Notes: generated by a model from the sequence alone, not told the origin. A DNA stretch of 64,000 nucleotides from an uncultured Verrucomicrobiota bacterium (GCA_964411985.1 CAYPNF010000033.1:14337-78336); one strand, 5' to 3'; positions 38,713 to 48,989 are shown, counted from the first letter of the stretch. A program made the numbers and translations.

Positions 38713-38851
38713 GCCAATACACCTACCCAAGACGCAAACGCGGGATCAAAGCCCCGGTGCGTCGCGGTACTCACCCGGAGCTCGAGGCCTTGCGGATTTG
38801 GTGCGTCGGGGACCTTCTGCTCGACGGCCGCTTACCGCTTGATTGTAAGAG

Positions 38852-38867
38852 TGTATCATGTGATACA
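38852..38867. promoter_or_regulatory. Palindromic operator-like site
   Basis: TGTATCA-TG-TGATACA perfect inverted repeat ending 11 nt before ATG 38879, in an AT-rich promoter-like patch. Confidence 0.6.
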
Positions 38868-38878
38868 TAAGGCTGATT

Positions 38879-41800
38879 ATGATCTGGATACGACTCTTGC
38901 GGCGCAACAGGAAGAAATCGCTTTTCGCGGGTACCTCTATCCCGGCGAGGGCCGGCATCCTTGCCAACCTCGCTTTCGTGCTCCTCGCCATTGCCAGCTC
39001 CGCTCACGCAGCGTTCCCCACCCTTTCGATCCGGTCGATCCCTCCAGACGTCCAGATCTCCTGGACCAATGTGGGCGCTGGTTTTGTGCTCCAGGCCGCC
39101 AGCACTCTGGCACCCCCTGCTGAGTGGATCACGACGGGTCTCGCACCGCTGGCCAACGGCGACGTCCGGATAGTGACGTTGCAACCCGGGACAGCGACGC
39201 GCTTTTATCGCCTGGCGAGCCTGCGGGGGACACAGGTGACTCACGTTTCTCCGGCGGAGGGCGAAACGGGTGTCTCGGTCACGCGCGAGACCATCCTCAC
39301 ACTCTCGGCTCCGTTGGCCGCGGACGAGACGGTAACCGCACAGGAGGTGTATCTCGAAGCAAACGGGGTTCGCCTTCTTTCACGTGCCGAAATCTCGAGT
39401 GACCGGCGGACCCTGACGATCTTTCCCTTGGAGAACATGCCGGGTGGTTCGCGGGTCATCGCTTCGATCCGGGGCGACGAACTTCGCGACGAAAGTGGCA
39501 ACGCCGTGGACGCGGACAACGACGGGCAGTCTGGGGGCCTGGGCTCCGTCGCGTTCCACACCGCAGGCGTCGTGGGTCTGGCGGGGACCGGCGTTGAAGG
39601 CAGGGTATTGGCCTCCGAACCCGGGCCGGGCGGCGCGAACCTACCGCTTGTCGGCGTGACAATCACCGTCAATGGAGCTGAGGAAACTCTTCGGACTGTC
39701 ACCGACGACACAGGCTTCTTCAGGCTTCTGCCCGCCCCTGCAGGCAGGTTCTTTGTCCACATCGACGGACGCACTGCCACGGCCAGCCAATGGCCGGGTG
39801 GCACCTACTACCCCTACATCGGCAAGTGCTGGGAGGCTCTACCGGGCTACACCAACAACAAAGCCGCAGGGACTGGGCTCATCTATCTGCCTCGGATCCA
39901 GTCTGACGCGCTGACAACCGTGAGCGCAACCCAGCCCACGGTGGTGGCTCTCCCGCAATCCGTGGTTGCCACGAATCCCGCGCTTTCTGGCATCACCCTT
40001 CGTGTCCCGCCGAACGCTCTTTACAACGACAACGGCACGCGCGGCGGCCAAGTAGGCATGGCGTTGGTGCCGCCTGACCGCCTTCCTGAGCCCCTCCCGA
40101 GTGGCTTGAATCTGCCCGTGGTGATCACCATCCAGACCGATGGCCCGACCAACTTCGATACCCCGGTGCCTGCCCGGTTTCCGAACCTTCCCGACCCTGT
40201 CACCGGCATCAAACTTGGTCCGGGTGCCAAGACGGTCTTGTGGAGTTTTAACCACGATACCGGACGCTGGGAACCGCAAGGCACCTGCACGATCACGGCA
40301 GATGGCCAGTTTGCTGAGACCGATCCTGGCGTCGGGGTGCGCCAACCGGGATGGCACGGGGTTGCTCCCGGGTCTCCCGCCTCGGGCCCGCCAGTGCCCA
40401 ACCCGCCCCCGGAGCCGCCCGCCCCCGATCCGAACGAGGATCCCTGCGAACGCGACCAGCAGCTCGCAATGAACTCTGCCCTCGACCTCGCCACGGATCT
40501 CATGATGGAAACCCAGCAACTGCCGTGGGGTATCGACTGTGCGCTCGGTCTCGCGTTGGACACAGTCCGCACGGCCCGTGACTGCACCGCAGCTGGCGGT
40601 GATCAGTTCAGCGATGATTGCGGCGATATCGCGGCGGACAACGCCATTGGCGTGGGTCTTGGATGCATTCCCGTGGTGGGCGGCATCCTGGATCTGGGGT
40701 GGGGCGGAAAGCAGTTGATCGACAACGGCTTTAATTACTATGACTGCACCCAGAATCAGCAGGGCCGGGCCGCACGTTCCGCGCTGCAACGCCAGTCGGC
40801 CCCTGACCTTCTGGATGCCGGCAGTCCGGCTGAACTCCTGGCCAGCGCCCTCGCTGAGCAGCAAGCTTTCTCCCTGGCCTCAAGTAATGTGCTTCAAGTC
40901 TGGCTCGGCTCCCCGGTGTGGTTCGGAGTCACGAACAGACAGCAGGAGACTCTCTACAAGGGTATCTTGGAGGAGATCAGACAAGCCGTATCCCCGACGG
41001 GTCTCGCGGGGACGATGGTCACGTCCGAAGAGCAAACCGCCCTGCAAGCCCTCCAGCGACCGGAATCCATATCTGCCTCCGATGTGGTGGCGCTTGCCGC
41101 ACGCATCTCCGGCTTCAAGAACGGCACGCTGAAAACCAACACGGCCGAACGCGTGGCCATCGACAATGCGCTCCGCTCTTTCCTGCAGACGGCACAGCCG
41201 CTCCAAGCCGCGGGATGGCGCACTGGAATCGATGGTTTCCGCAATGCCCTGCTCGCGCTCACTCAGATGGCGCAGGTGAACTGCCCCGACACCTCCTCGA
41301 CCTCGGGCACCTCGGGTGGCGGCACGCGGAGCGTCTCCACGCTGACAGGTACCCTGCCGTACCGCTGGCTCATTGTGAACCACGATGCCGGTTTCTCCCT
41401 TCGCGGCACTCTGCGACCCTTTGAATCGGTCCCCGACTTGAGCCTCGCACCTGAAAGTTTCCACGGGCTCTACTATCTCGACCCGCGTAGCATGCGCATC
41501 GGTTTTGCCTTCTTCCGCTCCGCACTCAGCGGTGAGCCCACTATCCTGCCCTGCCCGCATTGGGCTCCGTCCGGCGCTCGACCACTGGACTCCGACGCGG
41601 ACGGACTCACCGACCTCGCGGAGTGGATCGTGGGGACCTCGTCCCAGAACCCTGACACGGACGGGGATGGTGTTTCCGACGGAGCGGAACTGCGCACGGG
41701 CGGAAACCCCAGCGATGGCTTTGCCTTGAATCCCGGTTTGATCGGCTCGACCTATTTTCCCGACGGAGCGGTCGATGTCGCCATCAACCGGAACTATGCC

Positions 41801-44800
41801 CTCGTCGCCTGCGCTGGCACCGGTCTCAAGATTCTTGACGTCACGGACCCCTTCTCACCGATCCTTGCCGCATCCCTTTCTCTCAACGGGGGAGCCATTT
41901 CCATTGCAGCCGCCAACGATCTAGCGGTGTTGGGAACCCCCTCCGGGGTCGCCATCGTCGACGTGCGCGACGCGGAGAAGCCAGTTCTGCGCGCCCTCAA
42001 TCCGGTTGGCGAAGTCGAACCGGTGGCACTGGACCACGAATTCGCCTACGCTGGAATCCGCAACGGCGTCGCCGTTGTGGACTTGAGCAACGATTCGCTG
42101 CGGCAGATCTACAACATGCCTGGGGCTGATATCGACGCGATTGCCGTGCAGGGATCCGCTCTCTATGTGCTCACCGCCAACGAGCTGGTGACCCTCAAGC
42201 GCCTCGGACCCTTCCTCAGCCCGGGGCACTCGCTACCGATTGCTGGAACCAAGGCCCCGCTTGAGTATGGCCGGGAGCTCCTCGTCGCGGGAGCCCGCGC
42301 TTACGTAGGCTATTTCACAGGCTTCTCCATCCTCAACCTCTCCGATCCTTTCCAGCCTGCCATCTCAGGCTCCCCTGCCGTCAACCAGGCCGCCATTCAC
42401 AGTCTCGCTCTCGCCGGACCGCGCCGGCTTGTGCCTGTCGTGAGCTTCGCTGGTGAAGGCACGCTCGCCCCGGCCCTCTACGATGTGACTGACCCCTCCG
42501 ACGTGACCCGTTTCCTGGGCTCCTTTGCCACCCCAGGCGCACCGCGCGCGGCCGCAGTGGACCGCGGCCTCGCCTATGTGGCCGACGGCCTCAGCGGGCT
42601 GGCGGTGGTCAACTTGGTCGGCGGCCGAAATGATACCACGCCCCCATCCGTTGCTTTTGCCAGAGCGCTCGGTTCGCCAAACCCAAGGGTGGAGCGTTCC
42701 ACCCACGTCACAGCCTACATTGAAGCCGATGACGATACGCTGGTCCGGCAAGTGACTCTGCGCGTCAATGGCAACCCTGTCGGCACCGACGGGAGCTACC
42801 CGTTCGAGATCCGGTTTGCCACACCTGCGGTGGCGGGCGCGAACCTCGTCCTACAGGCTGAGGCTTTCGACGTCGCCGGCAACCGCTCTCTCACGCCTCC
42901 GTTGCAAGTGAGCGTGATTGAAGACGCAACCCCGCCCAGTCTTTTAGCTGTGTTCCCCGCCCCCGGTGCCCGTATCGGTTCCGGACTGCTGAACGAGATT
43001 ACCTTCACTTTCAACGAACCCTTGGCCAATGTCGGCCCAGGTTCCGCCAGTGTTCAAGCCGCAGGTCCAGATGGAGCTTTGGGCACGCCCGACGACCTTC
43101 CCCTGCCTGCCCAGGCGATTCAAGCCATCGGAACCCAGCTTGTCTGGACCGCTGCCTCGGCGCCGCTGCCCGACGGCCCATACCGCCTTAACCTTGCCTC
43201 CAATCTCAAGGACACCGCAGGCAACGCGACGCTCGAGCCCTGGACCTCGGATTTCGAAGTGCTTTCCTCCCTCCCGCGCCTCGTCGCCGTCAACCCAAAG
43301 GGCCGCCTGCGCGAGCAGGGGGAAACCCACCCCACGCTGTTCGTGGGCTTCTCTCCTGCTTTCCCCCCTGACCTTGTCACCCAGATCCACTTTTCCCTTG
43401 CTGAGGCCGGCCCTGATAGCACGTGGGACACCGCTGATGACCGACCGTGGACCACTGCAGGCGCCCGTGCCGACACCAGCGGAGCGCTCGTGTTTGTCGA
43501 CGTCAGTCCCGCCCTCGGGGAGGGCAAGTATCGGCTTACGGCCCAGGGCCCAGTCGTTTCCCCGGCAACGCTTGAGTTTGTCCTTGGGGACGCCTTCAAC
43601 TCCTGGGTGGCTCCTGCGAGTGGACCCTGGCGTATTGCCACCAACTGGACCTATCCCCTGGTTTCGTTTGACAACCTCGTGATTGCCCTGCCTGACGCCG
43701 ACATCACGACAACCCTTGATTCCACCGTGCCGATGCTTCGGACCTTGCACTCGGAGGAAGCCTTCGTCTTCGAGCGCGGGGACCTGCGGGTGACTGACAC
43801 CGCCACGTTCCTCGGACCCGCTGTCCTAGGCGGTGGCAACTCGGACAACCCCGTACTCACGGGGGGCGGCAAGTTCCGTTTCCTCGGCGGCCTCGACATC
43901 CGGAGCAGCACCGTCGCCACCTACGCGGTTCAGTTGCAGAACGCTTCGCTGATCAACGGCGGCAAAGCGCGCTGGATCTCGGGAGACATCCAGTTCAACA
44001 GCACGAATGCCCTCATCGTCAACAGCCCGGATGCGACGTTCGAGATCGAACCCGCCGCCCGCCGCCTCCAGAGACCCAACACGGGGAGCGGCCGATTCCT
44101 CAACGCCGGGCTTATCACCAAACCCGCAGGCACCAACATCGTTGGTTTTGAACGCGTTTCCCTTGAGAACAGTGGGCGCGTGCAGGTCGGTGACGGAGCC
44201 TTGCGTTTCATGGGATACACCGGCGACGGCGACCTCAGCGTCCAATCCAATGGCGCCGTTGCCCTTTCGGGGAACGTCACCCTCGGCCCGAGCGCTCGGG
44301 TCACCGGGACCGGTCGTGTGCAGTTCGGCTGGTTTCAGTCTACCACCGTGTACCGCGCCACAGCTGAAGTCTACGGCAACTACGATCTCGAGGGCTACAC
44401 CGTCGTCGACGAAGGCTCCGTCACATTCCATCGGCCTATCCAGTCCCCTAGTTCCGGCTTCCGCGTGGAGGGGACCGCCCGATTTGTGCAGCCTGTCGAG
44501 CTTGGAGATCTTACTGTGGCGACCGCCAGTACTGGAGTGGCGCAGTTCGATTCCGCCGCCACCTTGGAGAGCGTCACTTTCGAGTTCGGAACGATTTCTG
44601 GCGCGGGTGCGATCCTCGTTAACCGCGACTTCCACTGGAAACGCGGCAGTTTTCTTCCCGGCGGCGAACTCTCGCTGGCTGGAAACGCATGGGTCGACCT
44701 CGACGGGCAACTCTCGCGGCGACTTCATGTCCGGCCGGGTGCTGCCCTATCTATCACGAACGACAACGCGACCTCGCTCGCGCCTGCCACGGGGCAGGTC

Positions 44801-45418
44801 GCCGGCCAGGTCCTGAATGAAGGCACTCTCCACAAGACGGGCCTCGGCAGGTTTACCCTATTGGTTCATGTGATCAACGACGGCCAAGCGATTATCTCGA
44901 GTGGCGCAATTTTGATGGGAAGTACCGCGAGCCCCCGGTGGGTACAGGGCCCAAGCGGCCAAATTCTTCTCCAGGGCGGACAATTTGGCATCAACAACAC
45001 CAGCCAACTCTCGCTCGAAGCCGGGAGTTTCGGCGGCGTCGGGGAACTGCGCCTCACCACCACCTCCACTGCCACCCTCCAAAACGCTGCCACGCTACGA
45101 GTCGGCAACCCTACGGGCACGCTGAAGGTCTCCTCGCTGAACCTCAGCCTCGCCCCCACCAGCGAGACCCTTGTCACCCTCGCTTCCGATGTCTCGAGTC
45201 TGCTGGAAGTGCAGCGGAACCTGAACCTCGGCGGCCGCTTGCATATCGCACTCACAGCTGGCTTCACGCCGGCGCTGGGCCAGTCTTTTGTCATTGCACG
45301 CGCCGCCGCCCGGACCGGCACTTTTGCCGAGATTCTTGCGCCCGGCCTGCCGCCTAGCCTCCGCGCCCAAGTCGACTACCTTGCCAACGAGGTCGTCGTG
45401 CGAATCACCGGATCGTAA
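38879..45418 (+). CDS. 2179-aa multidomain secreted/surface protein (Ig-like, carboxypeptidase-regulatory-like, Cys-rich insert, LVIVD repeats, C-terminal beta-helix)
   Basis: Signal peptide; VSPAEGETGVS Big_5-like domain; DSDADGLTD Ca-binding repeats; GLKILDVTDP and AYVADGLSGL LVIVD repeats; GGRLHIALTAGFTP C-terminus. Confidence 0.88.
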   Translation: MIWIRLLRRNRKKSLFAGTSIPARAGILANLAFVLLAIASSAHAAFPTLSIRSIPPDVQISWTNVGAGFVLQAASTLAPPAEWITTGLAPLANGDVRIVTLQPGTATRFYRLASLRGTQVTHVSPAEGETGVSVTRETILTLSAPLAADETVTAQEVYLEANGVRLLSRAEISSDRRTLTIFPLENMPGGSRVIASIRGDELRDESGNAVDADNDGQSGGLGSVAFHTAGVVGLAGTGVEGRVLASEPGPGGANLPLVGVTITVNGAEETLRTVTDDTGFFRLLPAPAGRFFVHIDGRTATASQWPGGTYYPYIGKCWEALPGYTNNKAAGTGLIYLPRIQSDALTTVSATQPTVVALPQSVVATNPALSGITLRVPPNALYNDNGTRGGQVGMALVPPDRLPEPLPSGLNLPVVITIQTDGPTNFDTPVPARFPNLPDPVTGIKLGPGAKTVLWSFNHDTGRWEPQGTCTITADGQFAETDPGVGVRQPGWHGVAPGSPASGPPVPNPPPEPPAPDPNEDPCERDQQLAMNSALDLATDLMMETQQLPWGIDCALGLALDTVRTARDCTAAGGDQFSDDCGDIAADNAIGVGLGCIPVVGGILDLGWGGKQLIDNGFNYYDCTQNQQGRAARSALQRQSAPDLLDAGSPAELLASALAEQQAFSLASSNVLQVWLGSPVWFGVTNRQQETLYKGILEEIRQAVSPTGLAGTMVTSEEQTALQALQRPESISASDVVALAARISGFKNGTLKTNTAERVAIDNALRSFLQTAQPLQAAGWRTGIDGFRNALLALTQMAQVNCPDTSSTSGTSGGGTRSVSTLTGTLPYRWLIVNHDAGFSLRGTLRPFESVPDLSLAPESFHGLYYLDPRSMRIGFAFFRSALSGEPTILPCPHWAPSGARPLDSDADGLTDLAEWIVGTSSQNPDTDGDGVSDGAELRTGGNPSDGFALNPGLIGSTYFPDGAVDVAINRNYALVACAGTGLKILDVTDPFSPILAASLSLNGGAISIAAANDLAVLGTPSGVAIVDVRDAEKPVLRALNPVGEVEPVALDHEFAYAGIRNGVAVVDLSNDSLRQIYNMPGADIDAIAVQGSALYVLTANELVTLKRLGPFLSPGHSLPIAGTKAPLEYGRELLVAGARAYVGYFTGFSILNLSDPFQPAISGSPAVNQAAIHSLALAGPRRLVPVVSFAGEGTLAPALYDVTDPSDVTRFLGSFATPGAPRAAAVDRGLAYVADGLSGLAVVNLVGGRNDTTPPSVAFARALGSPNPRVERSTHVTAYIEADDDTLVRQVTLRVNGNPVGTDGSYPFEIRFATPAVAGANLVLQAEAFDVAGNRSLTPPLQVSVIEDATPPSLLAVFPAPGARIGSGLLNEITFTFNEPLANVGPGSASVQAAGPDGALGTPDDLPLPAQAIQAIGTQLVWTAASAPLPDGPYRLNLASNLKDTAGNATLEPWTSDFEVLSSLPRLVAVNPKGRLREQGETHPTLFVGFSPAFPPDLVTQIHFSLAEAGPDSTWDTADDRPWTTAGARADTSGALVFVDVSPALGEGKYRLTAQGPVVSPATLEFVLGDAFNSWVAPASGPWRIATNWTYPLVSFDNLVIALPDADITTTLDSTVPMLRTLHSEEAFVFERGDLRVTDTATFLGPAVLGGGNSDNPVLTGGGKFRFLGGLDIRSSTVATYAVQLQNASLINGGKARWISGDIQFNSTNALIVNSPDATFEIEPAARRLQRPNTGSGRFLNAGLITKPAGTNIVGFERVSLENSGRVQVGDGALRFMGYTGDGDLSVQSNGAVALSGNVTLGPSARVTGTGRVQFGWFQSTTVYRATAEVYGNYDLEGYTVVDEGSVTFHRPIQSPSSGFRVEGTARFVQPVELGDLTVATASTGVAQFDSAATLESVTFEFGTISGAGAILVNRDFHWKRGSFLPGGELSLAGNAWVDLDGQLSRRLHVRPGAALSITNDNATSLAPATGQVAGQVLNEGTLHKTGLGRFTLLVHVINDGQAIISSGAILMGSTASPRWVQGPSGQILLQGGQFGINNTSQLSLEAGSFGGVGELRLTTTSTATLQNAATLRVGNPTGTLKVSSLNLSLAPTSETLVTLASDVSSLLEVQRNLNLGGRLHIALTAGFTPALGQSFVIARAAARTGTFAEILAPGLPPSLRAQVDYLANEVVVRITGS

Positions 45419-45467
45419 GCCGACCGTCTCGTCACAACCGGCGGCTCATTTACTTTCACACTCGACC

Positions 45468-45496
45468 TTGAGCAACCGACTGGGAACCTTTACGTT
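45468..45496 (+). promoter_or_regulatory. Putative sigma70 promoter of the MoxR operon
   Basis: TTGAGC-N17-TACGTT-N5-GTG(45502). Confidence 0.5.
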
Positions 45497-45501
45497 GGTG
45501 G

Positions 45502-48117
45502 GTGATTTTGACTCCGCCATCACCAAGATTAGGCAGGCACGCCAGGGTACTTTGGGGCTGGTTCATCCCTTGGGTATGGCTGGTGGCGGGAGGTTTATGT
45601 CTGTCGGCGGAAGTGACCTTGGACGAGGCTCGCCAGCTGGTGCAGGCAGGACGGTATGACGAATGTGTGGTGATGGCGCGCCTGGGCCTCAAGGAAAGCC
45701 AGGACACGGAGGAATGGCGGCTGCTTTTGGCCCGCAGTCTGTTGGCGCGCGGGCGTTACCCCGAGGCGCTTGCGTTCATGACCAACGCCCTGGCCCAGGA
45801 GACCCGGAGCATCCGCCTGCGGTGGCTGGCTCGGGAGGTCTTCCTGAGAAATGGGCTTCGCGGCGAGGCGGTCGAGATGGCGGACGAGATCAGCCAGTTG
45901 GTCACGACGCGGCCGAGCTTGTACGCGAACGCGGCGGACCTGATCGTGTACGGGCAAACAGCCCTGCTGGCCGGGGCGGACCCCAAGCGGGTATTGGATC
46001 GCGTCTACGAGACTGCCATGAAGATGTCCCCCAAGTCGAGCGAGGTTTACCTGGCGAAGGGAGGTTTGGCCTTGGACAAGCACGATTTTGGTTTGGCGGC
46101 GAAGGCATTTCAGGAAGGCCTGAAGCAACAACCCGATGATCCCGATCTACACTGCGCGCTGGCACGGGCCTATGAGCCGAGTGACCGTCCCGCGATGCTG
46201 GCGTCGCTGGCCGCCGCTTTGGAGCGCAACAGCAATCATGTGGAGAGCTTGGTGTTGCTGGTGGATCATTGTATCGATGCCGAGGAGTACCAAGAAGCGC
46301 GGAAGACCCTGGACAAGATCGCCGCGGTGAACCCGAATCATCCAGAGGCCTGGGCCTACCGTGCTTTGCTGGCGCTTCTCGCTGGTGAGCCGAAGGAGTC
46401 GGAGGAGGCGCGGAAGAAAGCGCTCTACTTCTGGAATGAGAATCCGGCGGTGGACCACCTGATCGGCCGAAAGCTCTCCCAGAAGTACCGGTTTGCCGAG
46501 GGTGCCGTCCGTCAGCGCAACGCCCTGCTCATGGATGAACACTATCTCCCTGCCACGGCGCAGCTTGCGCTGGATCTCCTCCGTCTGGGCGAGGAGTCGG
46601 AAGGCTGGCGTTTGGCCGAGACGGTGCGTGAGAAGGACGAGTACGACGTCGCGGCATTCAACCTGGTCACCCTTCGGGAGACGATGGGGAAGTTTACCAC
46701 GCTCACGAATGATGCCTTGACGCTGCGCATGGGGGCCCACGAGGCAATCATCTATGGAAAGCGAGCGCTGGAGCTTCTGACCCAAGCCCGGGCCACGATC
46801 AGCGCCAAATATGGGGTCGAAATCCGTCGGCCCTGCGTGGTTGAGATTTTTCCTGAGCAGAAAGACTTTGCCGTTCGTACCTTTGGCATGCCGGACAACC
46901 CGGGGTATCTTGGAGTCTGTTTTGGGAGTGTGGTGACGGCGACCGGGCCGGCAGCCCAGGGCGGGCGTCCGATCAACTGGCAGGCGGTGCTCTGGCATGA
47001 GTTCGCTCATGTGGTGACCCTGCAACTCACGCGCAACAAGATGCCTCGCTGGCTCAGCGAGGGGATCTCGGTTTACGAGGAAAAGCAAGCCAACCCGGCA
47101 TGGGGCCAGCACATGACGCCGCAGTACCGCGAGCTGATTCTGGACGGCAAGCTCACGCCGGTGTCGCAGTTGAGCGGGGCGTTTCTTTCCGCCAAGTCGA
47201 ACCTGGATCTTCAGTTTGCCTACTACGAGTCTTCACTGGTGGTGCAGTTCTTAGTCGAGAAGTTCGGTCTAGCGCAGCTCGCCGCCATCTTAGGGGATCT
47301 GCGGGATGGTGCGGACATCAACCAGGCCATCGAGAGTCGCACGGTGGCGATGGCCCAGTTCGAGAAGGATTTTGAGGTCTATGCACGCGACCTGGCAGCG
47401 AAGATGGCCCCAGGACTGGTTTGGAGCAAGCCGCTTCCCGAACCTGCAGGGGCGCCCACGGAGGATCCGGCCTGGATGATCTGGACGAAGACCCAACCCT
47501 TGAATTTCTGGGTGATGACCCGGGTAGCCCAAGTGCACTTGGAGGAGAAGCGCTGGGCTGAGGCCAAGCCCGTGCTGGAGAAACTGGTGGAACTGTACCC
47601 CGGATCCACGGGCACGGCTAGCGCTTACCGCCTCTTGAGCCAGGTTCATCGCGCTCTCGGGGACACGAATTCCGAAAAACAGGTGCTCACGCGCTTTGCC
47701 GCACTGGACAAGGAGGCTCCGGATGCCTACCTCCGATTGATGGAGCTGTCGGCAGCGGAAGCCGATTGGGCAACCGTCAAGGAGAACTCGCAGCGTTACT
47801 TGGCAGTGAACCCGCTGGTGGCTCCTCCGTATCGTTTTCTGGCAAAAGCGGCAGAAGCCAGCGGAGAACTCCCCGAGGCGATCGAAGCTTCGCGGATGCT
47901 GCTCCAGTTGGACCCGCCAAATCCGGGCGAAGTGCATTACAGGCTGGCGCAGTTACTGCACCGGGCGGGTGATGCGGCAGCCCAGCGGCATGTGCTGCAG
48001 GCGTTGGAAGAAACGCCTCGAAACCGCGCGGCACTGCAGTTGCTACTGGATTTGAACAAAGAGACGAGCGAAACTCTTGGGAACGCGACCTCCAAGGCCG
48101 CTGAGGTTAAGCCATGA
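45502..48117 (+). CDS. Exported TPR protein with gluzincin (peptidase MA-like) domain
   Basis: Signal-like N-terminus; TPR helices flanking HEFAH...PRWLSEG (HExxH plus downstream E). Confidence 0.87.
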   Translation: MILTPPSPRLGRHARVLWGWFIPWVWLVAGGLCLSAEVTLDEARQLVQAGRYDECVVMARLGLKESQDTEEWRLLLARSLLARGRYPEALAFMTNALAQETRSIRLRWLAREVFLRNGLRGEAVEMADEISQLVTTRPSLYANAADLIVYGQTALLAGADPKRVLDRVYETAMKMSPKSSEVYLAKGGLALDKHDFGLAAKAFQEGLKQQPDDPDLHCALARAYEPSDRPAMLASLAAALERNSNHVESLVLLVDHCIDAEEYQEARKTLDKIAAVNPNHPEAWAYRALLALLAGEPKESEEARKKALYFWNENPAVDHLIGRKLSQKYRFAEGAVRQRNALLMDEHYLPATAQLALDLLRLGEESEGWRLAETVREKDEYDVAAFNLVTLRETMGKFTTLTNDALTLRMGAHEAIIYGKRALELLTQARATISAKYGVEIRRPCVVEIFPEQKDFAVRTFGMPDNPGYLGVCFGSVVTATGPAAQGGRPINWQAVLWHEFAHVVTLQLTRNKMPRWLSEGISVYEEKQANPAWGQHMTPQYRELILDGKLTPVSQLSGAFLSAKSNLDLQFAYYESSLVVQFLVEKFGLAQLAAILGDLRDGADINQAIESRTVAMAQFEKDFEVYARDLAAKMAPGLVWSKPLPEPAGAPTEDPAWMIWTKTQPLNFWVMTRVAQVHLEEKRWAEAKPVLEKLVELYPGSTGTASAYRLLSQVHRALGDTNSEKQVLTRFAALDKEAPDAYLRLMELSAAEADWATVKENSQRYLAVNPLVAPPYRFLAKAAEASGELPEAIEASRMLLQLDPPNPGEVHYRLAQLLHRAGDAAAQRHVLQALEETPRNRAALQLLLDLNKETSETLGNATSKAAEVKP

Positions 48118-48989
48118 AAATACTGCGGCTATTCTGGGTCCTGCTGCCGCTGGCTGCTGGCGGGCTGCTGGCGCAGCGCTGGTGGGGCGGGGACCGAAAC
48201 CTCCGGGAGGATGCACCGGTCCGGACGGCACGCGAAGTTCCTTCCCGCAGTACAGGCACACCGAACTGGACCAACGAAGCCGGATTCGAGAAGGACACCT
48301 TCACTTTTGCCCGGCTGCGCTATTCAAGGACGCCTTACGGTCCTCGCAGTTCGGGTAACTGTTTTACCGACTTTCCGGATAGCGATTTGAACCTCTCCTT
48401 TCGGATCCAGCAAGTGACGTCCATCAAGGTGGACCCGGATGGAAGGGTCGTCAGTCTGACGGACCCTGAACTCTTCGACTACCCCTGGATCTACGCCTCA
48501 GAGCCGGGCCGGCTCAGATTTCTGGATTCGGAAGTGCCGATTTTGAGGAAGTACTTGCTGAATGGCGGATTTTTCATGGCTGACGATTTTTGGGGGCCGG
48601 TGCAATGGGATAACTTCGAAAGCGAGATGAAGCGGGTGTTTCCTGACCGCGACTTTGCGGAACTGCCTATGGATCACCCTGTTTTCCATTGCGTTTTCGA
48701 TCTCAAGGGACCGAAGAACAAGTTGCAGAGTCCGAACGTCGGACAAGGGGTCCGCAGCCAGCGAAACGGGGTGACCTGGGAGATTCACGATGGCTTTGAA
48801 TGTGTCGACATGCACGTCCGAGCCCTTTTCGACGACAAGGGGCGGATGATGGTCATTGCGACGCACAACTGTGACAACGGCGACGGATGGGAGCGTGAGG
48901 GGGAAAATGACTTCTATTTCCATGAATTCTCGGAGAAGCGAGCCTTCCCGCTTGGGATCAACATCCTCTTTTACGCGATGACGCACTAA
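48114..48989 (+). CDS. DUF4159 domain protein (exported)
   Basis: Signal peptide; LFDYPWIY, LRKYLLNGGFFMADDF, DHPVFH, DGWE and GINILFYAMTH. Confidence 0.85.
   Translation: MKILRLFWVLLPLAAGGLLAQRWWGGDRNLREDAPVRTAREVPSRSTGTPNWTNEAGFEKDTFTFARLRYSRTPYGPRSSGNCFTDFPDSDLNLSFRIQQVTSIKVDPDGRVVSLTDPELFDYPWIYASEPGRLRFLDSEVPILRKYLLNGGFFMADDFWGPVQWDNFESEMKRVFPDRDFAELPMDHPVFHCVFDLKGPKNKLQSPNVGQGVRSQRNGVTWEIHDGFECVDMHVRALFDDKGRMMVIATHNCDNGDGWEREGENDFYFHEFSEKRAFPLGINILFYAMTH

Noticed and set aside
38479-45500. Intact tRNA-anchored integrative element
   Set aside because: No integrase and no duplicated tRNA 3' end found in the window.
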